Assembly (NCBI GenBank): GCA_043813605.1
Contig: JBDRKX010000043.1
Span: 1-41,175, forward strand
Direction of reading: 5' to 3'
From: Elusimicrobiota bacterium
GTDB taxonomy: Bacteria; CG03; SLGR01; JBDRKX01
Length of the DNA stretch: 41,175 nt
Positions within the stretch are counted from its first letter, which is position 1. Each line of letters starts with the position of its first letter. Of this stretch, positions 13,001-25,000 are shown piece after piece. A program made the translations under genes and the position numbers. Below the pieces are notes generated by a model. It saw nothing but the letters and a program-made list of their open reading frames with translations, searched no databases and was not told the DNA's origin.

Positions 13001-16000
13001 GTTTTATCCTTCATGTTTTCAAGATGTTTTTCCATCTCTTCGAGAAGTTTTTCTTTTACATCTTCCGGAAGGTTATCAAGGTCTATATCCTGTCCCTTTG
13101 ACCCGCTGCCTGATTTCCCCGGCTTAGGTTTTCCCTGCTGCTGACCGCCGTCACCATCACCGTCGCCTTCCTCGCCTTCCATACTCTCATCACCGTCTTC
13201 ACCGCCCTCACCATCCTCACCGTCCATCAGTTCCTGCGCACGGTCTTTCAAAAGCTCTTCATACACAGGCAGTATTTTTTCATATATCAGCTGCGCCGCC
13301 TTGCGGGCACTCGCGAATTTTTCCACAGGATTAGGATTCCGGTTTAATTCCGGCTGGCCGTTTTCATCTTCCTGCATCGGTATAGTAGTTTCTACAACTT
13401 CTTTAACCGCATCTTTTACTTTATCTAAAGCCTCGTAAAGAGGATCATCTTTTTCAATATTCGGCGGGATCTCATTATTGTGTCCCAAAAAAACCAGTGC
13501 CCTTACAAACCTGATATGCATGGGTAGTTCCTGACCGAAATTCATTTCAAGGGATTCCGGTGTATACTCTCCCGAGTATAGTTCATTCAGATATTCGATA
13601 TAGCCCGGCCACAATAGTTTCCCCCAGAATTCGATCCGCGGGTCTTCTACTCCGTTAAAAAGGTATGAAGTCAGTTCATTCGCAAACGGAAGCCATGCAT
13701 TATAAAATGTACCGTACCGGTGAAGGCTCTCATGTATTGCCAATCCCAGTATTTTCTTTAGATCCATGTCTTTAACAAGCGGCAGCGGGTATGTGAGTTC
13801 GTCTTTTTCAGAATTATAAGACCATATCAGTCCCGGTTTCAGCCTGGACGGGCTGCCCTCAAGAGCCTGGAACATGATATGGAACTGCTTTAACTTGTCC
13901 TCGATCTGTTCTTTCAATTCGGGATCGGCATTCATTTCTTTTATTACCTGCTCGGTCGCTTTTTTTATTCTTTCGGCTTCTTCATCACTGAGCCCGTACG
14001 CCATCCTGTATTTTCCATCTTGAAGGATAATACCGGGCAAGGGTTTTGAAACTGAACCTGCTTTTTGCTGATTTGCAATATGTGCGCTTATGGCAGCTGC
14101 CAGGTTTGAAATACCCGGACTCTTAAATAATTTATGCGTGCTATCAGGTTCTGTTACCTGTTCGGTTTTTTCTTTTACAGTATCTTGAAGCAGTCTTCCT
14201 TTCCAGAGATACATCAGTATATCCCGTTCTTCTTCTGGAGATTTCTCTTCCACCCATCTCTCGATGAACCTGTTCTTGAACGGCATAGGCAATTGGCTCC
14301 TGCCTACCGACATCCTGCCTCTCCCCATGATCGGATTAAGAGTGCTGAAGATCCTGAAATCAGGATGTATCTCTACAATATCACCGGTGACCGGATTGGT
14401 AAAATGTCCCTCATCTATCCATTCGCTTATCACTTCCACCAAACCGGGATCCATAAAATTGACTTCTTCCAGTACAAGACACCATCCCTCACGCATCGCC
14501 CTGATCAGTATACCCTCTTCGTATTCAAGGTTATGGGTCTTAGGATCCATCCTCCATCCTCCGACAAGCCCCCTCAGGGTATTATCCCTCATGTTCTCCG
14601 CATGGTAAGCCCAACCGAGCAAACTGCACATATATTCTATGGCATCACTCTTGCCGCTGGCCGCCTGCCCCACAAGAGATACGGGTCTGCGAGCGTACCT
14701 GAATCCTCTCATTATTATACGCAGGTCGTCGAGAGTCGAATCGACATGCGCAAGATCTATGTCTTCGGGGGTAGGTATTTTATCCGGGGAGATAACCTTT
14801 TGGGAAGGACCCGATGTGGTTATCCCGTCCATTTTTACAAAAGCTCCTCTTTTTACCTTAATGGCGAGTGACGGTTGCGGCGGAGGACGCGCATTCATAT
14901 ATTTTACCAGCTGTGTTTTCAGCATATCCAGGTTCTCTCCCTGCCGCCTCAATATACCCGAGAATTCATCCCATGCTTCCTTTATAAGAGCAGCTTTTAC
15001 TTCCTTATAATTATCCAGCTCGTTCTGATCTATCCTTTCCTTTACTGCCCTGAGTATATTTTCAAGGTTTCTTAAAGTGAACCTGTACGGCTGTTCCCCT
15101 TCAAAACCCATGAAATTACTTGTCTGGGAAAGTCTGTCTATCGACTGCCTGAGTTCCGCAAGCGCTTCCAGATCTTTTAATTTTAAGAGCGGTATATCGA
15201 ATTTTTCGCGCATTATCTGGGCTTCTTCCCTTGCTGTGAACGGGAATGTATAATGGATCTCGACCCTGCTCTCAAATGCCTCACTGAACAGGTTCCTTCC
15301 TACATCGCTTATCAGGTTGCCGGCTGCGAAGATCATGCCTCCTTTGTCTTTTGGACGTATCTGTTTACCGTCAACATATATGTATCCTTTTGCAAGAAGA
15401 CCGTACAGTATCCCCAATGCCTCTTCTCTCGCCAGGTTTATCTCATCCAGCAATACCCAGTGGCCTTCCTCTAATCCTTTCAGGAAAGGCGCTTTTTTGA
15501 ATTCCAGTTCGATCCCGCTGGCTCCGCCCGAAAGAAGCAGTTGCCCCAGGCTCCTTACGAGGCCCTTATTGCTCTCATTGCCGGGACCTTTTATATATAT
15601 CATCTTCCTGAGCATTTCTTCTGCCTTACTGCGTGACATTATTTCGTTCGAACCGGATACTGTCAGGTCCGTTAATGCTTTTTGTACTTTGAACCACTGG
15701 TCTCCCTTGCTCGGTTTTTCCCTGCCTGTAATATTGCTTCCGGTTCCGATATCATATATATTGACCGTCTCTATTATGATCTGAACAGCCTGTTCGTAAG
15801 TAAGATTGAGCTGTTTAGGCTGATGATGGCCTATGAGATCAAGTTCATCCATGGACGCATTGACCTGCACCCTTGTAAACTTCTTTCCGACCAGCGCCGC
15901 CGCATAACGGACAAGTGATGTCTTGCCCGTGGATGTCTGCCCAAGCCACAGAAGAGTAGTCAGTTTGCTCCTGACTGTAGTAAAGAACAGGTCTATAAGC

Positions 16001-19000
16001 CTCCTTACCGTCTCGGGTGTCTCGGTAAGACGGGCCGACTTCAGTATATCTTCATCTATCTCGCCCAGTACAGGCTGGCGGACAACTACCCTGTCGTTGA
16101 CTATACCTTCAATGATGCCTTTTTCTTTATCTAAGTTTATCCTGTACGGCATTTTAGAAGGATCTGTTATTTCTCGCTCACTTTCAAAAACCTTTACATT
16201 AAATTCCAGTATCTTGTCCAGATCCCTGTTATAATACCTGTAAAGTTTCTCAAGGATTTTTGCTGCTCTTTCCTTTGATTCTCCATATTTTTCCATGGAG
16301 ACATGTTCCATAGCCCCCAGATCCACGGTCACACCGTATCTGTAGAGCTGAAAATAGGCCTTGCCTAGTATTATGATGGCAGGTTCAGATATAGCAGGCA
16401 TATAACTCCCTATGATCATCTCTTCCAGGCCCTTCAATAATCCTGTATCAAAATCTTCCTTATATAAGGTCAATGCTTTACCTATTAACGGGCCCAGGGC
16501 AGCGATTGCGGCTTTTTTTTGATTATCAGAGTTCTTCAATTCTTCATTCAGCCTGTTCAATTTTCGAAGATCGAACTTTTTACCCAGCACATCAAGCTGT
16601 TTAAGGTATATTTTTCCTGCCGCCTCGACTGCAGCCGCCCTTACATCGTTTTCAGGAGCCCTAATATTCTGTTCAATTATGCCGATATCTTCCTGATCAA
16701 ATCCCGAAACACCTGCGAACTTCTCATATATACCCCCCAGCAGCCTGATATTCGCCGCTTTAACTTCCGCTGACGGAATATTCATCATCCTTTTTTCTAT
16801 TAAAGAATATTCGGCAACGGTTATGCCTGTAAACAGTTTTTGATAGATATTTCGAAGAATATGAATAGCAGACAGGCGCATTCTGGATTCATGACTGTTA
16901 AGATAATGCTCTATGAACTTAATATCCTGCTTATCAAATGTACCCTGCGATACCTGTCTTTGGAATACAGCTCCCAGTCTCAGGAAGATAAGAAGGTTGT
17001 CATCTCCTTTCTTACCAAGTTCTTCTTTAAGCTTTATAATATCCTGGGGCTGAGGATCGTATTGCGATAATTCCATTATCTTCTTATATATTTCTGCCAG
17101 CATCCCGGAAACAGCAGGGAATGTGTTCAGCCTCGCGTTTTTGATCTTCTTTTCCATGTTCCCTATCTTGCCGAAGTCAAAATTCTGGCCGTCCAGTTCC
17201 ATTATTTTAGGATAGACCGCCTTAAGTGCTCTTGCCGAAGTTATCACAACACTATCGCTCCGGTCATCCAGCCCCTGTTCTATTATTTCCAGGAATCCCG
17301 GATCATACGCACCCAGCTTAGCGACTTCCATGATTATTTCACCAAAAGCTGACATGATCGCGCATCTCACATCTTCCGAAGTGTCATAGCTCATCCTCTT
17401 CATCATCTCGTTGACCCCGTATATGACCGGGTTAAGCTTTTTCTGACTTATGAATACTTCATACAGACCTACCAGAGCTTCCATAGCCGCGTATCTGTTC
17501 TCTTCGTATACACTCGACATGTTTTCTTCCAGTTTAGCAAGCGCTTTTACAGGAGGCTCTTCTGTCTCAGCTATTCCGGCAAGAAGTATCCCGGTTGCCG
17601 CTACAGCCGCATGATTGAGTTTGGGCCTTATTGAATAATCAGGAATGATATCAGTAAGTGATTTCTTATCGAATACGCCTTCTTTTATCTGGCCGGCATA
17701 GACTGCCGTCAGTTTCAATAATGCATCGACATTCACTTTCACTTCATTATTGATATCTCTTTGCCTTATCAGCATTTTCAATTCGTCTATCTCTCCGAAC
17801 ATGCCAAGATCGCCAGTTGATTCGATCATTGCATTATATATTTCAGCCATACCCCTGATCGCCGTATTTCTGACTATACCGCTGGAATAATCGAACATCA
17901 TCCTGTACAGATCCAAGCTGGTATCACTCGGTATCAGCCCGAGTTTTACCCGGGCCAGGTAGACCGCTGTCAGCACCTCAAGTGCTTTTGTCTTTTCCTG
18001 TATATCATTTTTTTTCTCGATTATTTCCGTCAGTTTTATGAGTCTTCCGTTATCGAAATCTTCTTTTTCCGCATTGAGCAGTTTTAAATATATGGGTTTG
18101 ACAGCTTCCATTGCTGCCAGTCTTATTTCTTTTTTATTATGTTCTATTTTCTCCTCGAGATTTTCAAGCCTGGATACATCGAATATTCCCCTCCCTATCT
18201 CATCTGTATATAATCCACCCAGTGCTTCTATAGCAGCTACGGTATCAACTTCTGTATGGTTAACGACACTGGACAGCCCCGTGATAATATCGCCGGTAAA
18301 CTGTTTTTCTTCGATAAGAGCAGCATATATCTTTTCCAGCCAGGTCTCCGCTTCAATTCTGATCCTCTCATGCATCCCGCATGCATCGTTCAAAAGGGAC
18401 AGGTCATCTGTATTAAATGTTCCGTTCTTTACCTGCTGAAGAAATAATTTTCCAAATATACTAACCACTTCCGCCTTTATCTCAGGCATAAATACATTTT
18501 CCTGATACAGCCTGCGCTTAAGATAATCCTGTCCTTCTGTATTGAAACGGTCAGGATCTGTCGCGTGTAGTTTGACATATATACTGCCGAGGCCTTCTAC
18601 GATCCCCTTCATGGTGTTTATTCTTGCAGCCAGTTCTATATCTTCCGCCTTTGCTTCCAGCCAGTTCATGATCGAACGATCATAATCTGCTCCCTGCTTT
18701 TCAATCAGTTTGACCTGCACGCGTGAGAGCGTATCTGCCACAGCTTGCTTTACTACCACGTTTTCATCAAGGAAAGCCTTATAAACTGCAGCCATATCCT
18801 CTATATTGAAATTCCCTTCTTCTATCTGTTTTATATGAATATCGCCTGCGATCTTCAAGGCAGCTATCTTGGCGAACCATAAACCCGTTTCCAGTTTCCT
18901 GTTGATATATTCCGAGTCTATTCTCCCTTTTTTTATCAACTCTATATATATGCGTTCAAGTGTTTCCGATGAAAGAGGACTTGCATTGTTTCCATGCCCG

Positions 19001-22000
19001 TCAAGTTTTTTCTCCAGCAGGTCTACAAAAAATCTGCCGGCTTTGCCCTGTTTTATCAGTTCAGTATATATGTCTGCCAGGGCTCGTACAGTTATATCCC
19101 TTATATCAGAGTCTGTATGCACAGCTGCTTTTTCAAAGTCTAACAGATGATGCAATGTGAGCTTGTTCTGTCTTGCAAACTCTAAATATATTCTGCCGAG
19201 GTAAGTTACAGCTGCTTTTTTTGCGATATCCTCACCCTTTTCCAGGACTGATACCAATGGAGATATCTCCGATATACTGAACCTGTCTTTTTCTTTTTCT
19301 GCCAGTTTCAAATATACTTTCCCGAGTGTTATTACAGACTCATCACGGCTGTCATCTATATTTTCCTCCAGGATTTTATTTTTTTTAAGATCGAATATTC
19401 CCTGTTCAATGAGCATCGGATATAATCCTCCCAAGCATTCCATTGCTATTTTCTTTATTGAGACAGAATTCAAACCAAGGCAATTTTCTATTTCCTCCAG
19501 TCTCTCGGGATAAAAAGCGGACTTTTTCTTCTTCAGCAGTTCAGTATAGATATCTGTCAGTATTGATATCGAAGCAATATTCACATTTTCTTCTTCCGTT
19601 AAACTTACTCTCTTTTCTATCCTCTTCAGGTCATTTTCATCGAATTTCCCGGTCTTTATCTTTCTCATACAGATAGAGCCCATTGCCCGTACAGCACAAC
19701 GGCGGATATAATAACTGCCGTTTTCCAGCATCCTGTCCATTAAAGCTGATTCCACTCCCGCTTCTCCAAGTATTTCAAGCAGACTGCCTATCGTTTCATT
19801 ACTTAATTCTATTCCCGTATCGTTCTTTTTAGGTTCCATATTCCATATATCGAACTGCTTTTCCAATTCGACAAAAATCTCAGGGAACCTGAACGCGAGT
19901 TTCTTAAGGCTTTTCTGGAAATTCTCTTTATCCCCCGACTTCATATCAAGAGCCAGATCGGTTATCATCCTGGAGTTTGAGCGTACGAGCCTGCTGTCGC
20001 CTGTATCCTGTGAAATATATACGAGGAAACCGCCTACCGGACCGTATTCCTCAACGTATTCCAGAATATCCTTAACTTCGACTCTACCAAGTATATGTTC
20101 TATGTCTATCCCGCGCAGATTCAGTTTGTGTATCATGGATTTTACCGTACGCCTGTCTTCCGGGGTGTTCATCCTGAGAAAATATACTTCCCTGAGAGCC
20201 CAGGCAAAAGCTTCCTGGGAATCCAGGAGTTCCTGGTTATCTTTCATGAATTCAACCACGCGTATCTGGTCTCTTAAAGAAAAATGATACCCCTCAGACG
20301 TCAACTGGCCTATCTGCCCTTCTTCTACGAGATTTATCAGGGTATGGTGAAAAGTATTCAGTTTTCTTATAAATCCTTTAGGTGCTGTTACTTTCCTCGA
20401 CAGATGCGCAAGGATCCTTCTTTCTTCTCTTCTTGTTTTTTCCTCCACCCATCTTTCGATGAACCTGTTCCTGAACGGCATCGGCAGCTGGTTCCTGCCC
20501 ACAGACATCCTTCCTCTGCCCATTATCGGGTTCATAGTGGTGAATAGCCTGAAATCAGGACTGATATTTATCATCTCTCCTGTTATAGGATTGGTAAAAT
20601 GGCCTTCATCTATCCATTCACTTATTATCTCCACAAGCCCGGGATCCATAAAATTAACTTCTTCGAGTACAAGACACCAGCCCCGCTGCATCGCCTTTAT
20701 AAGAATACCTTCTTCATATTCAAGTACCCTTTTCCGGGGATTCATTCTCCAGCCGCCCAGAAGCCCCCGGAGAGTATTGTCTCGCATATTCTCAGCATGA
20801 TACGCCCAGCCCAGGAGCCGGCAGATGTATTCTATGTTGTCGCTTTTTCCGCTGGCTGCCTGACCTATGAGCGATACCGGCCGGCGCGCGTTTCTGAAAG
20901 CCTGTAATATAACCCTGATATCGTCAACCGTAGACGGTACATGCGCAAGATCTATATCCTCAGGAGTCGGGATCTTTTCCGGATCACTGACCTTTCTTAC
21001 GGGCCCGTACGTTATTATACCGTCAACTCTTATAGATTCTCCTTCCATTACTGTTAATTTCAGATCTTTTTTATATTCTTCACTGGTTTTAGGCGGCATT
21101 TTTCTGAAATGATTGATAAATTCGCTCCTTAACTTTGCAATGTTATCTTTATCGCGGCGCAATATACTTTCGAATTCGTTCCATGCTTCTTTAAGCAGTA
21201 TCAGCTTTATGTCTTCCCTTGAGGTTTTGTTCATAGCAACGATCCTCTCTCTGGTTGCCATAAGTATACTTTCAAGGTTTCTAAGAGTGAACTGATAGGG
21301 CTGCTCTCCGTCAAAACCCTTGAACATACCGTCTTTTGATGTTGTATCCAGCGAGGTTTTTAACCTTGCAAGTTTCACAAGGTCATCTTCTGTTATACCC
21401 CGAAGCGCATATTTTTCCTTTAATATTTCTGCTTCCTCTTCCGGTGAATACGGAAAAGTGAAATGCACTTCCATCCTGCTTTCAAACGCTTCGCTGAACA
21501 TATTTCTGCCTATATCTGTGGTAAGATTACCTGCAGCAAAGATCATTCCGTCATTATCCTTTGGTGTTATTTTCTTATCATCTACTATTATGTATCCTTT
21601 AGAAAGCAGTCCGTAAAGGATACCGAGAGCTTCTTCCCGCGCCAGGTTTATTTCGTCCAGCAATATCCAGTGTCCTTCCTCCAACCCTATTAGAAACGGC
21701 GCTTTTTTGAATTCCAGGACTATCCCGCCGGCACCCTTGTTCATTATAAGGTACCCGAGACTCCTTACTGCTTCTATATTATGCGCGTCTTTTGCGCCTT
21801 TAACATAGATCATGTTATTGATGATCTCCCTCATCCGGTCCTGAGACATCATTTCATCCGATCCGGACGGCATAAGCTCACTCAATGCCCGCTGCAGCCT
21901 GAACCACTGTCCGCGCTCAACTGTCTCCTGCATGATCTGCACTGCATGTTCGTATGTGATATCAAGCCCTTTCGGCTGGTGATGGCCGATAAGATCGAGC

Positions 22001-25000
22001 TCGTCCATTGATGCATTTACCTGTACTCTGGTGAACTTTTTCCCGACAAGAAGAGAAGCATATCTCACAAGGGAGGTTTTTCCTGTAGAAGTCTGGCCGA
22101 GCCACAGAAGTGCCGTCAGCTTTTTTCTCATTGTTGCAAAATACAGGTCTATAAGCCTCTTTTTAGTAACCAGGGTTTCCACCATCTTGGAGGATTTAAG
22201 TGCTGCTTCATCTATATCTCCGAGAACCGGCTGCCGGACAACGACTCTTCCGTTAACTATTCCTTCTACAAATCCTTTGTCTCTTGAAACTTTTACTTCT
22301 ATACTATCAGCTGTACCCAGTATCGGTTCCATGTCTATCCCTGTATCCAGCATATCTTCTACCAGAGCCCTCACCAGTTTTTTATCTTCGAGTGAATTCA
22401 TACGTAGAAAATATACCTGCCTGAGTGCCACGCCAAAAGATTCTTCAAAAGACAGCAACTCGGAATGGTCTTTCATGAAATATATCACCCGGATCAGGTC
22501 CCTGAGTGAGAAATGATACCCTTCCAGCGACATCTGGCCGATCTTACCTGTTTCTACAAGCTCTATCAGTTTATGGTGAAAACCATTGAACTTACCGGCA
22601 AACCCCTCCGGAACTTCTATCTCATTTTCCTTCATAAGATATTCGATGATCTCTATCTCTTCTTCGGGAGTCTTTTCATTTACCCAGCGTTCCGTAAACC
22701 TGTTCTTGAACGGTATGGGAAGCTGGCTCCTGCCGGATGACATGCGGCCCCTTCCCATTACCGGATTCAAAGTCGTAAAAAGCCTGAAATCCGGACTTAC
22801 TTCGATTAATTCACCTGTTACCGGATTAGTAAAATATCCTTCATCTATCCACTCGCTGATTACCTCTACGAGACCGGGATCCATAAAATTTACTTCTTCG
22901 AGTACAAGACACCAGCCTCTTTTCATTGCTTTTATCAACACGCCTTCTTCATACTCAAGTTCATGTGTCTCGGCATTCATCCTCCACCCTCCGACAAGTC
23001 CCCTGAGTGTATTATCCCGCATATTCTCAGAATGGTAGGCCCAGCCCAGTAACCGGCATATATATTCGATATTATCGCTCTTTCCGCTTGCCGCCTGGCC
23101 GATAAGAGATACCGGCCGTCTCGGATGACGGAAGCCGCTCAATATTGTTCTTATGTCATCTAATGTAGATCTGACATGTGCAAGGTTAACATCTTTCCTG
23201 GTGGGTACCTTATGTTTATCAACAACAGTCCGGGAAGGGCCATAGGTGGTTACTCCGTCTATGGATACGTGTGATCCTTTTTCCACTTCAAGGGTCAGGT
23301 CGATATCTTCTGGAGGCGAATGATTCATAAACACCCTGAACTGGTGCTCTAATATCTCGAGATTCTTGCCTTCTCTCCTTAAGATATTAGAGAATTCCGC
23401 CCAGGCCTCTTTAAGAAACGCTTCATTAATATGTTTATACGATTTCAGGCCATTCTGATTGATACGGTAAAGAGTTGCTCTTAAAATATTTTCGGCATTT
23501 CTCAAAGTAAAACGATACGGCTGCTCTCCGTCAAACCCTGTAAAATTCCCTCCCTGAGACAGATTGTCCAGGGACTGCCTGAGGTGAGCCAGGTTTTCCA
23601 GATCCCTTATTGATAGCTGCGGCACGCTGAATTTAGATTCGAGTATCTGGGCCTCTTCCTGAGGTACATAAGGAAAAGTGTAGTGTACTTCCATCCTGCT
23701 TTCAAAAGCCTCGCTGAAAAGGTTTCTGCCGACATCGCTTGCCAGGTTTCCTGCGGCAAATATCATACCGCCTTTATCTTTTGGAGTGATCTTCCTGCCA
23801 TCTACAAAGATATACCCTTTTGCAAGCAGTCCATAGAGTATCCCCAGTGCTTCTTCACGCGCAAGATTGATCTCATCAAGCAGTATCCAGTGGCCCTCTT
23901 CCAGTCCTTTTAAAAACGGCGCTTTTTTAAATTCCAGCTCGATACCGCTTGATCCTTCGTGCAGCGCCAGGTGTCCGAGGCTCTTTACGACATCTATGTT
24001 ATTTTTGTCTCTTTTGCCTTTCAGGCTAAAAAGTTTATCTATTATCTTTCTTGCTTCTTCCCTGGTCACTATCCTGTTCTCAGCAGGCGGCATAAGATCT
24101 GTAAGAGCCTTCTGTATTTTAAACCACTGGTTTCCTTCGACTGCCTCCATTATTATCTGGACCGCCTGTTCATAAGAAAGCTCCAGTCTCTTGGGCTGGT
24201 GATGGCCTATAAGGTCCAACTCGTCCATTGAAGCGTTGACTTGCACTCGTGTGAATTTTTTGCCTGCAAGAGATGATGCATATCTGACAAGGGAGGTCTT
24301 GCCGGTAGAAGTCTGACCCAGCCAAAGCATGGCCGTGAGCTTCGTTCTGACTACAGAAAAGAGCAGGTCAATAAGCCTCCTTGTAGTTTCTGGCGTCTCT
24401 ACTATTTTTGCAGAATCCATAACTTCCTGGTCAACTTCTCCGAGTAGGGGCTGTCTGACTACAACTTTCCCAGCTGCCACTCCTTCTATAACACCTTTTT
24501 TTCTGTTTACTCTCACAGCATACGGTGCTTCCCCCTGGACCCGCTTCACCGACGCTGCTTCTTCTATCTCATCTTCAAATAAATTGGTATTGTGAACGAG
24601 AATCCTATCTAAGTCTGTGCTGTTTCCTGATAGAGTCATATAACTGTAAAGCTCTACCAGTATATCGGATGCTTTTTCCTGGACTTTTTCGTCTTTATCA
24701 AGCAGCCTTCTCTCTATATTTTTAATATCAATATCTTCAAACCTGTCTGATTCGGCAAATTTCACATATATGCGCCCTATTGCATCAAGCGCCGTTTCTC
24801 TGACGCCGGCCTCGCTGTGGCCAAGATGTTTTGTAATATATTTTAATCCGGATATATTAAAATTCTCCGTATCTATTAGAGTTAAATGTATATCTCCAAG
24901 AAGTTTGAGAGCCCTTATCAGCCTCGGTAATGCTATCTGCGACACAGCTGTCTGCTGCTCGATTCTTTCAAGCCATTTATGATCAAAATCATCGGTTTCA

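Noticed and set aside
11989..13920. A true cobaltochelatase CobT serving B12 synthesis
   Set aside because: The HExxH-acidic-VWA layout is shared by many MoxR partner proteins, and no CobN or other cobalamin synthesis module is in the window.
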